From an uncultured Bacilli bacterium (GTDB lineage Bacteria; Bacillota_I; Bacilli_A; RF39; UBA660), in the NCBI GenBank assembly GCA_947628095.1, contig CANQYO010000002.1, forward strand, positions 1 to 52,258: a DNA stretch of 52,258 nt. The letters run 5' to 3'. Within the stretch, counting starts at the first letter, position 1, and each line of letters opens with the position of its first letter. The translations under genes were made by a program, and so were the position numbers. The notes under the pieces are model-generated. The model saw nothing but the letters and a program-made list of their open reading frames with translations. It ran no database searches and had not been told where the DNA came from. This document shows positions 29,202-38,793 of the stretch, piece by piece.

Positions 29202-29903
29202 ATGTATAAAAGTATTTTATTAAAATTAAGTGGTGAATCACTTATGAATGAAGTTGAAAATATTAATAAGGAAAAGACACATGAAATTGCACTTTTGATT
29301 AAAAAAGTTCATGATATGGGTATAAATGTGGGAATTGTAGTAGGGGGAGGCAATTTCTTTAGAGGTAGAAGTAATCAAGATATGGAAGCTATAAATGCTG
29401 ATAGTATGGGAATGTTAGGAACAACTATGAATGCTCTTGCTTTACGTGATGCGTTTAATAAAGTTTCTCTTCCAAATGTTATTTTTTCACCTTTCGATTT
29501 TCATGAATTGATTGAAAGTCATACTGAAGAAGAATTAAAAGAAATGTATAATAAGGGAACAGTTGTAATTTTTAGTGGAGGAACTGGTCATATTGGATGT
29601 TCTACTGATACAGCTGCAAGTATGAAAGCTATTTTAATTGGAGCAGAGGTTATTATTAAATTAACTAATGTTGATGGTGTTTATGATAAGGACCCAAATA
29701 AAGAATTAGATGCTAAAATGTATAAGAAATTAACTCATCAAGAAGTTTTAGATAATCCTAATATTAAAGTTATGGATTTAGCTTGTATTGAAGATTGTAA
29801 GAAATACAAAAAAGATATTTTAGTAATTAACTTTAATGATAAAGAAAACTTAATTAAAGTTTTAAATGGAGAAAATATCGGAACGGTGATTACTAGTGAA
29901 TAG
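29202..29903 (+). CDS. Divergent UMP kinase-family (amino acid kinase fold) protein
   Basis: 'ILLKLSGESL', 'VVGGGNFFRG', 'MGMLGTTMNALALRDA', 'FSGGTGHIGCSTDTAA' and 'LTNVDGVYDKDP' follow the PyrH layout, but the sequence is divergent and not in the usual tsf-pyrH-frr context. Confidence 0.7.
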   Translation: MYKSILLKLSGESLMNEVENINKEKTHEIALLIKKVHDMGINVGIVVGGGNFFRGRSNQDMEAINADSMGMLGTTMNALALRDAFNKVSLPNVIFSPFDFHELIESHTEEELKEMYNKGTVVIFSGGTGHIGCSTDTAASMKAILIGAEVIIKLTNVDGVYDKDPNKELDAKMYKKLTHQEVLDNPNIKVMDLACIEDCKKYKKDILVINFNDKENLIKVLNGENIGTVITSE

Positions 29904-30174
29904 TAATGATTTAAAATATCAAAATTATCTAAGAAAAAAAGTTATAAGATATGTCGTAATTTTTCTTAGCATAGTAACAATTTTTTTAGAAGCTTTAGCT
30001 CTTTTTCAAACAATTTCCTATGTATGGGGACTTATTCCTTTCTGTTTAACATATTTAATTAAATATTTTGGTTATCCAAAGGAAGAAAGAGAAAAAGCAA
30101 AATTAGAAAAAGAAAAGAAAAAAGCAGAAAAAACTAAAGCAAAACAAGAAAAGAAAAAATTAAAAAAGAAATAA
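29896..30174 (+). CDS. Small membrane protein with a K/E-rich tail (92 aa)
   Basis: GTG start overlapping the upstream gene, two TM helices, and the tail 'EEREKAKLEKEKKKAEKTKAKQEKKK'. Confidence 0.45.
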   Translation: MNSNDLKYQNYLRKKVIRYVVIFLSIVTIFLEALALFQTISYVWGLIPFCLTYLIKYFGYPKEEREKAKLEKEKKKAEKTKAKQEKKKLKKK

Positions 30175-30208
30175 AAAATTGGATATATTCTAAATTTAAA
30201 AAAAATAA

Positions 30209-30242
30209 GAAATGATGGCTTTTAGTGAGTTATCATTTTTTT
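30209..30242 (+). terminator. Terminator closing the thyA operon
   Basis: GAAATGAT...ATCATTT stem followed by T7. Confidence 0.55.
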
Positions 30243-30334
30243 ATAACACATTATAGAACACTTCTTTTTATCATGTAATTATTGCTTAATCATAAAATTT
30301 ATTGTATAATACAAATATCGTAGTGGAGGAAATT

Positions 30335-30826
30335 ATGAAATTTATAAATAGAAACAAATTTACAATTATAGCTATTGTTATTTTTATAGGTTTATTATTT
30401 TTAGGAGTAGAAGCAAAAAGATTATTGGTACCTGATGATAATAAAGCTGCTTATGGTGATAGATTAGATGGAATAGAAAATCATAAATTAGCAAGTGATT
30501 TATTTAAAAATATTGAAACTAAATTAAAAGAAAATACTAAAGTTTTAAAAGTTACAAATACTGTTCATGGAAAGATAATTAATTTAATAATTACAGTTGA
30601 TAAAGATGTTACTGTAAATGATGCAAAGACTATTGCTAATAGTACGGTTGCTATGTTTGAAAATAAAGAATTAGATTTTTATACCCTTCAAGTTTTTGTT
30701 GCTAAAGAGGACGACGCTTTAAATAATTTCCCAATAATTGGTTATAAGGGGACAGGAAGTAGTGAACTTAAGTTTACTAAAGACCGTGAAATAACAAAAG
30801 AAGAGGAAACGACTGATGAAAAATAA
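30335..30826 (+). CDS. Hypothetical N-terminally anchored or secreted protein (163 aa)
   Basis: ATG at 30335 behind GGAGGA, with one TM helix. It overlaps the start of the next gene. Confidence 0.5.
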   Translation: MKFINRNKFTIIAIVIFIGLLFLGVEAKRLLVPDDNKAAYGDRLDGIENHKLASDLFKNIETKLKENTKVLKVTNTVHGKIINLIITVDKDVTVNDAKTIANSTVAMFENKELDFYTLQVFVAKEDDALNNFPIIGYKGTGSSELKFTKDREITKEEETTDEK

Positions 30827-32867
30827 AAAAAGATTATTTATATTAATTGGAGTAATAGCTGTTCTTGTATTTATTGCCTTGTTTTTTATTTATTATTATC
30901 ATGAATCAAATGTTTTAACGTCAGATGATAAAAAATGGATAAGTGAAAATGGAACTAAATTAATTGATATTGAAGTGTTTAATGATGTTGCGGTTTATGG
31001 AATGAATGGTAATGGTGTAGTCTTTGACTTTTTAAATTATGTATCAGAAGAATCTAATTTACAATTTAATAAAATTCCTTATTTAAAAGAAACTGGAACT
31101 ACTAATAATACATATAAAATTGAAATAATTGATGGTAGTCAAACTTTATCGTCAAATCAAATTTTACTTTTTGAAGATAATTATGTAACAGTTTCTAAAG
31201 ACAGTACAATAAAAATTAATAAAATCAGTGATTTTTCAAATTATACAATTGGTGTTTTAGATAAAGAAGAATCAAATATTAGTTATTATTTAAAAGGAGC
31301 TGACAATGTTAAATACAATCCATATAAAACAATGGAAAATTTATTTAAAGCTCTTGATGAAAATGAAGTAAACATGATAATTGTTCCTAATATTTTATCA
31401 CTTGAAAATACTATTAGTAATGATAAATATTTCTTAAATTATTTTTTCACTGATATAACTAAAAAAGTTGTATTCACATTAGATTCAAATAAACCAGAAT
31501 TAAGTAATATTTTAAAAAAATATTTTGAATATTGGGTTAAAGAATATTATGTTGATGATTATAATAAAATACTTTTAAATTATTATGTTGAGAAAAAAGA
31601 TATTAATGATAAAACGAGAACTGATTTATTAAGTAAAACTTATGTATATGGTTATGTTGAAAATGAACCATATGAAATTACTAGAGGTAATAATTTAAAA
31701 GGAATAGCAGCAGAATATATTAATCGTTTAATAAGACTTACAGATATAGATTTTTCATATCGTAAATATAATTCTTTAGATGATTTAAATAAAGCAATTA
31801 AATCAGGTGAAATCGATGTTTATTTTGATTATATAGGAAATCAAAATAGTAATTATTTAAAAACGGTTTCAACTTTTGTTGAAAATTATGTTGTTTTAGG
31901 ACGTATAAGTGATGATTATGTTATTTCTTCATTTGAAGGGTTGAAGGGTAATAATGTTTATATGTTAGAAAATAATAAATATTTACAAAATTATATTAAA
32001 TCAGGTGCAATGGTTAATGTAAATTTAGCTCCAAATGTTAAAAAATTAATTGAAGATGCTAAGGAAAATAAAGCCTTAATTATTGTTGATAAAGAAGTTT
32101 ATTCATATTATAAAAACAAAGAATTTAAAGATTATGAGATACTTTATTCTGATATTATGAGTAATGATTATTCTTTTATGGTTAAAAGTGATAATAGTTC
32201 ATTTTATAGTTTATTTAATTATGTTATAAATACTAATTCTTATTATAAATATCGTAATAGTGCTTTAAATAATTTAAATACATCTTTCTTTGAAACTTCA
32301 AGTTTTGAAGAGTTATACTTATTAATTTTAGCAATTATTTTAATTCCAATTATCGTGTTAGTTTTAATTTTTGTATTTATAAAAAATCGTCATAAGTTAA
32401 AATTAGTTAAAAAAGAAGATAGAAAAAAATATACAGATATGTTAACATCTCTTAAGAATCGTAATTACTTAAATTTACAAATCGACTCTTGGAATTTAAG
32501 TAAAGTTTATCCTCAAACAATTGTAGTTGTTGATTTAAATAATATAAAATATGTAAATGATAATTATGGTCGTGAAAAAGGTGATAATTTAATTGTTAAA
32601 GCTGCAAGTATTTTAGTAAATACCCAACTTGAAAATACGGAAATTATCAGAAGTGATGGAACTGAATTTATTATTTATTTAGTTGGTTATAGTGAAGACC
32701 AAATTGATGTATATTTGAAAAAATTAAAGAAAGAACTTAATGAGCTTCCATATGGTTTTGGAGCTAGTGTAGGTTTCAGTATGATATTTGATAATATTAA
32801 GACAATCGATGATGCAATCAATGAAGCTATGATTGATATGCAAAGCGATAAAGAAAGTTATCGTTAA
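30816..32867 (+). CDS. Membrane sensor with an extracytoplasmic solute-binding-like region, a TM helix and a degenerate GGDEF domain
   Basis: N-terminal TM helix, ~480 aa extracytoplasmic region, a second TM helix, then 'LTSLKNRNYL', 'VVVDLNNIKYVNDNYGREKGDNL' and 'RSDGTEF' where RxGGDEF is expected. Confidence 0.75.
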   Translation: MKNKKRLFILIGVIAVLVFIALFFIYYYHESNVLTSDDKKWISENGTKLIDIEVFNDVAVYGMNGNGVVFDFLNYVSEESNLQFNKIPYLKETGTTNNTYKIEIIDGSQTLSSNQILLFEDNYVTVSKDSTIKINKISDFSNYTIGVLDKEESNISYYLKGADNVKYNPYKTMENLFKALDENEVNMIIVPNILSLENTISNDKYFLNYFFTDITKKVVFTLDSNKPELSNILKKYFEYWVKEYYVDDYNKILLNYYVEKKDINDKTRTDLLSKTYVYGYVENEPYEITRGNNLKGIAAEYINRLIRLTDIDFSYRKYNSLDDLNKAIKSGEIDVYFDYIGNQNSNYLKTVSTFVENYVVLGRISDDYVISSFEGLKGNNVYMLENNKYLQNYIKSGAMVNVNLAPNVKKLIEDAKENKALIIVDKEVYSYYKNKEFKDYEILYSDIMSNDYSFMVKSDNSSFYSLFNYVINTNSYYKYRNSALNNLNTSFFETSSFEELYLLILAIILIPIIVLVLIFVFIKNRHKLKLVKKEDRKKYTDMLTSLKNRNYLNLQIDSWNLSKVYPQTIVVVDLNNIKYVNDNYGREKGDNLIVKAASILVNTQLENTEIIRSDGTEFIIYLVGYSEDQIDVYLKKLKKELNELPYGFGASVGFSMIFDNIKTIDDAINEAMIDMQSDKESYR

Positions 32868-33691
32868 TGAAGAAATTAAAAAGATATATTAAAAGAATTA
32901 TTAAGCTAATTGGTCTAGATGAAATGCGAATTTTACCTGGCCACTTAGCTTTCAATATTCTATTAATGATTGTACCAATTTTTTCTGTAATTGGGGTTTT
33001 AGGTTCTCAAATTGAAGTAAGTAAATTAGAAATTTTAGTTACTAATAATGTTCCAACACCAGTATTAAATATTATAGAATCAGCTTTAAACATCAATAGT
33101 GACAATTTTAATTTAATTTTATTTGTAATATTTAGTTTATGGATAATTTCTAAAGGATGTCTTGCAATTATAAATTCTGGAAATGTTTTATATAAAGTAA
33201 AAAATACTAATCAATTGAATAATATTTTGAAATCATTTTCTATGGTTTTAATTTTATTTCTTTTAATTTCCTTTATTATAATAGTTCCAATTTTAGGTGA
33301 TTTTATAATTAATTTTTTATTATCTATCTTTAAAAATGAAGAAACTGTTATAAAGTATATCTATGACTTTTTAAAATACCCAATTTCAATTGTTTTGATG
33401 TTTGGGTTAATTAAAAGTTTATATATATTATCTTCCCCTGTTAAGATAAAATATAAATATATGAATAATGGCGCTTTTTTTACAACTTTATCTTGGCTAT
33501 TTTTAACAAGAATTTATTCATATCATTTAAATAATTATAGTAATTATAATTTGTATTATGGAAGTTTAGCTGGTATTTTAATTATTTTAGTTTGGGTTTA
33601 CCTTTTAGCATATTTATTCATGATAGGTATGGCCTTAAATGCTGATAATTATTTTATTTCAACTAAAGAAGAAAAAGAAAAAACTTTATAA
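32867..33691 (+). CDS. YihY/BrkB-family membrane protein
   Basis: 'PGHLAFNILLMIVPIF', six TM helices, and 'YGSLAGILIILVWVYL'. Confidence 0.7.
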   Translation: MKKLKRYIKRIIKLIGLDEMRILPGHLAFNILLMIVPIFSVIGVLGSQIEVSKLEILVTNNVPTPVLNIIESALNINSDNFNLILFVIFSLWIISKGCLAIINSGNVLYKVKNTNQLNNILKSFSMVLILFLLISFIIIVPILGDFIINFLLSIFKNEETVIKYIYDFLKYPISIVLMFGLIKSLYILSSPVKIKYKYMNNGAFFTTLSWLFLTRIYSYHLNNYSNYNLYYGSLAGILIILVWVYLLAYLFMIGMALNADNYFISTKEEKEKTL

Positions 33692-33718
33692 AATTGTTAT
33701 TAATTTTATAGAGTTTTT

Positions 33719-35002
33719 TTAATATAAAACATTAATTCTATGAATATTTCCAAGATAAGGAGTATTGGAATTAAGTTCAGTTACTACAACTTTCATATAA
33801 GGACTAGCTGCTGCATGAATAATATAATGTTTATTATTTACTTTTCCAAGATATAACATGACATGTCCATTTTGATATAAAAGACTAGTTTCTTTACCAG
33901 TTATAGTTCGTAGTTTTTCAGCATTTGATTTACCAGACAATAAAGTTATATTTCCAATACTTGTATTTTGATAACGAGTATTTCTTGGAAACATAAATCC
34001 AAATGTTCGAAAGACATTGGAAACAAAACCTGAACAATCAACATTTTGGTCTAGACTAGCCCAAGAATATGGAGTTCCTTCATATTTAAAAGCTTGAATA
34101 ATTACATTTCTTTTAGTATAGTCTAAATAGCCAAGATGAGCTTCATTTCTTTTTAAAGTGATATATTTTTTTTCAACATATCCATCTTCTCCTTTAATAG
34201 GTAAGACTACTTCATAACCGTCTTTATCAACTTTAGAAAAAGGAAGTTTAACACTCATATCTAAGATATTATTATCAATAGTAATACTTTTAGCAGTTAC
34301 GATAGCAAAATTATTGTTATTCAAAAAGAAATTTCTTTCAGAGTCATCTCGAATTAAAGCAACATTATCTTTTAATACCCAACCAACATAGGCATATGTC
34401 ATGACAAAATACCATTGTTTATCTTTACTTTCATGAAGAATTATTGCCTCAGTATTTACTAATAATTCACATTCTTGCATTCTGTCAAAATTATAAACAC
34501 CACTTCTATCAAAAAAATGAATTGAAGTAGGGAACCCTCTTAAGTTTGCTCGTTTAACAATAATTCCTCTTTGAAGAGTTTTTTTATCTTCAACATTAGC
34601 TAAATTCCTATTATCTATAATTGAATTAATTTCACTAGTTGCTACTTTTTTAGACCCATTATATTTTGGCATTGTAGGAATAGTATATTTATTTATAAAA
34701 TTTAAAATTTCCGTTTTACTTAAACTTTGTATATTGTCTAAATCATTAATTATTGTTGTTCTACTAGCAATATTTTTATTTATTTCTTTAATTTCTTCTA
34801 TATTTTTTAAAATTGTATTATCATTTGGTAAAAATTTTTTAGAATTTTCAGAAATTGTTTCAATATATGAACTTGGGTAAATTAGAAGTTTATTTTCTAG
34901 TTTAGAGCTTTCTATATTATCAGTTGGAGTTTTCAATTCTTCTTTTTTTTGACATCCAACTAATAGAATACTAAAAAAAATCAATAAAAATATTTTTTTC
35001 AC
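33719..35002 (-). CDS. NlpC/P60 (C40) cell-wall endopeptidase lipoprotein with SH3-like domains (YkfC-like)
   Basis: Lipobox 'LLVGC', and the catalytic 'VDCSGFVSNVF' with a downstream 'GHVMLYLG' His. Confidence 0.85.
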   Translation of the reverse strand: MKKIFLLIFFSILLVGCQKKEELKTPTDNIESSKLENKLLIYPSSYIETISENSKKFLPNDNTILKNIEEIKEINKNIASRTTIINDLDNIQSLSKTEILNFINKYTIPTMPKYNGSKKVATSEINSIIDNRNLANVEDKKTLQRGIIVKRANLRGFPTSIHFFDRSGVYNFDRMQECELLVNTEAIILHESKDKQWYFVMTYAYVGWVLKDNVALIRDDSERNFFLNNNNFAIVTAKSITIDNNILDMSVKLPFSKVDKDGYEVVLPIKGEDGYVEKKYITLKRNEAHLGYLDYTKRNVIIQAFKYEGTPYSWASLDQNVDCSGFVSNVFRTFGFMFPRNTRYQNTSIGNITLLSGKSNAEKLRTITGKETSLLYQNGHVMLYLGKVNNKHYIIHAAASPYMKVVVTELNSNTPYLGNIHRINVLY

Positions 35003-35191
35003 GATATTTTCCTTTCTATTCTTAAGTTATTGTTTTATATATTTTATTTTATACTTATTTTTTTAAAATAGCAATTATCTTTAAATTTTTTTATGATTTA
35101 GAAATTTACTTTACTGTTTACTAAAAGTCTTAAAAAAAGGTTAATTTTTAATGAATTTTATGTTATACTTTATTTATATGTGAGGTACTTT

Positions 35192-36565
35192 ATGAAAAAA
35201 ATGAAGTTAATAGTAATATTTTTTATTGTATTTTGTATGTTTTTTAGTACAAAAAATGTATTAGCTGCTGATAATAAAGTTAAAATGAAAATTATAGATG
35301 GTCCAGGTTGGTTTCATACTGGTTTACAAAAAATTGATATTAGTGTAGCTCAAGTATTAAAAGATGGAACTTATGTTTGTCCTAATGTTTGGCTAAGTTG
35401 GACTGAAACTAAGTTTATATGGACTTCTAGGTCATACGAATTAAGTATTACTGAACCAGCCAATTATAATAGACTAGCATTGCAAGCTACTAATTCAGCT
35501 TCAGATTCGACTAAAGAACTTTCTTGTCATTATGATTATAATGATTCAAGTGGAGAAATTCCTCATATAGAATTTGAAATAAGTTATAAGGCTAGTGAAA
35601 ATGAGAAAAAAGTTAAAGAAACTTGTAATTATGAATGGTCTAATGCTTATAATGATGTAGCGTATAAAAATACTAAAGTAAGTTTTGTAATTTATGAAGA
35701 TGGTACAGTTGGTAATGAAACATTTACTCCAGGTACTGGTAATGTGAATTGGAATATGAATTGGAAATTTGATAAAGATAGTCAGCCTATTTCAGCTTGT
35801 CCTGAGTATTTAGTTGATAAATATCTTGATAGAACTACCTTTAAACCTGCTACAGCAAGTGAGGTAACAACTGACTTTTACTATAAATATACTGGTCAAA
35901 TTCTTGACCCTTCTGAAGCCGATGGAATAGCAATTTATGTAAAATCTACTACCTCAAATATTAAAATTGTTGTTAATTCGGCTGGTGGTGGTTATAGTTA
36001 TACTTTATATGACTATAAATCTAATTCTACTTCAGATATAACAAGTAAAGTGAAAAACCCAGATGGCTTGAGTACTTCATTTGGAGGAGACAATAGTGGA
36101 GCACCAACATATTTAGTTTTTGATAAAAATGAAGATAGTTATACATTTCAAAACAAAACAAGCTTTGGGGCAGACAATTATATTCTACTTGATAAAATAA
36201 ATCAGCTGTATTTGGAAAAGGGAAAAGATTATGAAAATACTTGCCGAGCTTTATTTGGAGATAGTGAATCTGGGTTTTCAACTTTTTTAAATAATAATAT
36301 ATTTAGAGTAGTTTATATAGCAGTTCCAATAATTTTAATATTATTAACATCATTTGATTTTGCGAAGGCTGTATTTAATAGTGATTCTGATGGAATACAA
36401 AGTGCATTTAAAAAATTTGGAAAAAGAATAGTAGCAGCTGTATGTATATATTTAGTGCCAACTATAATAATCTTTGCTAGTAGTTTAATAGGTGGCAGTG
36501 AGGTTTCTCAATGTGCAAGACAACTTCAAAATATAGATTCGGAATATAATTTTGGTTCTAATTAA
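35192..36565 (+). CDS. Secreted orphan protein with a C-terminal two-helix membrane hairpin
   Basis: Signal peptide ending 'NVLA/ADNK', ~370 aa of Asn/Ser/Thr/Tyr-rich sequence with several Cys, and two C-terminal TM helices (VVYIAVPIILILLTSF and IVAAVCIYLVPTIIIFASSLIGG). Confidence 0.6.
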   Translation: MKKMKLIVIFFIVFCMFFSTKNVLAADNKVKMKIIDGPGWFHTGLQKIDISVAQVLKDGTYVCPNVWLSWTETKFIWTSRSYELSITEPANYNRLALQATNSASDSTKELSCHYDYNDSSGEIPHIEFEISYKASENEKKVKETCNYEWSNAYNDVAYKNTKVSFVIYEDGTVGNETFTPGTGNVNWNMNWKFDKDSQPISACPEYLVDKYLDRTTFKPATASEVTTDFYYKYTGQILDPSEADGIAIYVKSTTSNIKIVVNSAGGGYSYTLYDYKSNSTSDITSKVKNPDGLSTSFGGDNSGAPTYLVFDKNEDSYTFQNKTSFGADNYILLDKINQLYLEKGKDYENTCRALFGDSESGFSTFLNNNIFRVVYIAVPIILILLTSFDFAKAVFNSDSDGIQSAFKKFGKRIVAAVCIYLVPTIIIFASSLIGGSEVSQCARQLQNIDSEYNFGSN

Positions 36566-36573
36566 TTAGTTTT

Positions 36574-36604
36574 AAGATTACCATAACTGGTAATCTTTTA
36601 GTTT
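36574..36604 (+). terminator. Terminator after the orphan secreted-protein gene
   Basis: AAGATTACC-ATAACT-GGTAATCTT followed by a T-rich tail. Confidence 0.65.
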
Positions 36605-36689
36605 ACACATTTTTAAAATCTTGTTTACTCTAACTAATAATATAGTATATAATATTAATATAAAGTTATAAATTATCAGGAGGAAATAA

Positions 36690-36825
36690 TTATAACTAGC
36701 GCCAGTTCCTTAAATGGAAGACGAGGTTTAATGTTATCGAAAATTCGGCGGATGCATTAACGGGTAGTACTCGTAAGATATATTACAAAAAATAAAATTA
36801 AAATTATAATAAAAGATATATCAAC
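36690..36825 (+). ncRNA. glmS: glmS ribozyme/riboswitch (cis-regulatory, GlcN6P-dependent)
   Basis: Conserved core 'AGCGCCAG...GAAGACGAGG...TATCGAAAATTCGGCGGATGC...' directly upstream of glmS. The 3' boundary is approximate. Confidence 0.85.
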
Positions 36826-36837
36826 TTGGAGGTATTT

Positions 36838-38622
36838 ATGTGTGGAATAATTGGGTATAATGGTAAAGAAAACGCTATACCTATTGTTATTAGTGGGTTA
36901 AAAAACCTAGAATATAGAGGTTATGATTCAAGTGGTATTGCTTATTTTATAAATAAAAAAATTAAAATTATTAAAGAAAAAGGTAGAATTAAAAACCTTG
37001 AAGAAAATTTAACAAATGATATTTCTAATCTTTGTATTGGACATACAAGATGGGCAACTCATGGAAAACCTAGTAAGATTAATTCTCATCCGCATCATGT
37101 TAATCATATTACCATTGTTCATAATGGAATAATTGAAAATTACAATATATTAAAAGAAGATTTAATTAAAAAAGGTTATGAATTTAAAAGTGAAACTGAT
37201 ACTGAAGTTGCTTGTGCTTTAATTGATTATTTATATACTAAAACTAAAGATAAATTACAAACTTTAAATGAACTTAAGAATTATTTAAAAGGAAGTTATG
37301 CATTACTTATTCTTTTTGATGACGATATAGATACATTATATGCTATTAGAAAAGGTAGTCCATTAATTGTTGCTGAAAGTGAAACAGGCAATTTTGTTGC
37401 TTCTGATATTCCAGCTATTTTAGACTATACCAAAAAATATTATTTACTTGAAGAAGATGAATTTGCAGTTATTAAAAGTGATAATATAGTTTTTTATAAA
37501 GATGGAAAAGAAATTACTAAAGAGTTATTAACTTTTGAACATGATATAAAAAGTGCTAAAAAAGATGGTTATTCACATTTTATGCTTAAAGAAATTCATG
37601 AGCAACCGGTAGTTATTAAGAATTTTTTAGATTATTATTTAAATAACATGAATTTAATACCAGATTTATCACATTATAAAAAAATTCATATTGTGGCTTG
37701 TGGTAGTGCTTATCATGCTGGTTTAATTGCTACTTTCTTAATTGAAAAATATGGTGATATGGAAGTTTCAACATTTGTTGCTAGTGAATATCGTTATAAA
37801 AAGAATTTTATTAATTCTGATACAGTAGTAATTTTAATTTCTCAATCAGGAGAAACTGCTGATACAATTGCATCTTTAAGATTAGCAAAAGAATTTAATG
37901 CTCATACAATTGGAATTGTAAATGTTGTAGGTTCAACAATTGCAAGAGAGGCTTCCGAAGTAATTTATATAAATGCTGGTTGTGAAATAGCTGTTGCAAC
38001 AACTAAAGCTTATACGTTACAAGTTCTTGCCTTAAGTTTATTTGCTTTTAAATTAGGAATTGTTAAGAAAAATATTTCTCAAGAAGAACAAAGTAATATT
38101 ATAAAAGAATATCAAAAGTTACCTTTAGAAATTGAAAAAGTATTAAAAGTTAATTATAAAGAATATGCTAAAAAAATATATAAGCATAAAAGTGTATTCT
38201 TTATTGGAAGATTAATTGATTATTGTATTTGTGAAGAAGGTTCTTTAAAGTTAAAAGAAATATCTTATATTCATTCAGAGACTTATCCAGCTGGTGAACT
38301 TAAACATGGTACAATTTCTTTAATTGAAGAAAATACGCCTGTAATTGCAGTTGTAACGGATAAAAATATTGCTGATAAGACGGTAAGTAATATAAAAGAA
38401 GTTAAAGCTAGAGGAGCTTATACTTTAGTTTTAAAAAATAAAAATCTTAAATTAGATAAAGAAATTTATAATGATATTATTGAAATATCAGATTTAAAAG
38501 ATTTAGCTTTAGCAATTTTAGCAATAGTTCCTTTACAAATGATTGCTTTTGAAGTTGCTAATATGCTTGGTTATGATATTGATAAACCTAGAAATTTAGC
38601 TAAAAGTGTAACCGTTGAATAA
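36838..38622 (+). CDS. glmS: Glutamine--fructose-6-phosphate aminotransferase
   Basis: 'MCGIIGY' N-terminal nucleophile Cys, with the ATG at 36838 behind GGAGG. Two SIS domains and a C-terminal 'KPRNLAKSVTVE'. Confidence 0.95.
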   Translation: MCGIIGYNGKENAIPIVISGLKNLEYRGYDSSGIAYFINKKIKIIKEKGRIKNLEENLTNDISNLCIGHTRWATHGKPSKINSHPHHVNHITIVHNGIIENYNILKEDLIKKGYEFKSETDTEVACALIDYLYTKTKDKLQTLNELKNYLKGSYALLILFDDDIDTLYAIRKGSPLIVAESETGNFVASDIPAILDYTKKYYLLEEDEFAVIKSDNIVFYKDGKEITKELLTFEHDIKSAKKDGYSHFMLKEIHEQPVVIKNFLDYYLNNMNLIPDLSHYKKIHIVACGSAYHAGLIATFLIEKYGDMEVSTFVASEYRYKKNFINSDTVVILISQSGETADTIASLRLAKEFNAHTIGIVNVVGSTIAREASEVIYINAGCEIAVATTKAYTLQVLALSLFAFKLGIVKKNISQEEQSNIIKEYQKLPLEIEKVLKVNYKEYAKKIYKHKSVFFIGRLIDYCICEEGSLKLKEISYIHSETYPAGELKHGTISLIEENTPVIAVVTDKNIADKTVSNIKEVKARGAYTLVLKNKNLKLDKEIYNDIIEISDLKDLALAILAIVPLQMIAFEVANMLGYDIDKPRNLAKSVTVE

Positions 38623-38664
38623 TTTTAATTAAATTTTATAAGCATATTAAATAAAAAATATTCG

Positions 38665-38697
38665 AAAAACTTTATCTCTTTGATAGAGTTTTCTTTT
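38665..38697 (+). terminator. Terminator after glmS
   Basis: AAAACTTTATC-TCTTT-GATAGAGTTTT followed by a T-run. Confidence 0.65.
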
Positions 38698-38703
38698 TAT
38701 ATA

Positions 38704-38712
38704 TGATATACT
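38704..38712 (+). promoter_or_regulatory. Extended -10 TGaTATACT upstream of argS
   Basis: TGnTATACT ~80 nt before the argS ATG. Confidence 0.4.
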
Positions 38713-38793
38713 ATTCGCAGGAGTTGGTTATCTATAAATCTTAAAAATAAATATTTTTATAAAAAGAAAAGTTAATAAGAAAGGAAATTTAAT

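Noticed and set aside
38698-38793. T-box riboswitch upstream of argS.
   Set aside because: The leader is only about 80 nt. It has no T-box sequence (AANNNGGGTGGTACCGCG-like) and no terminator/antiterminator pair.
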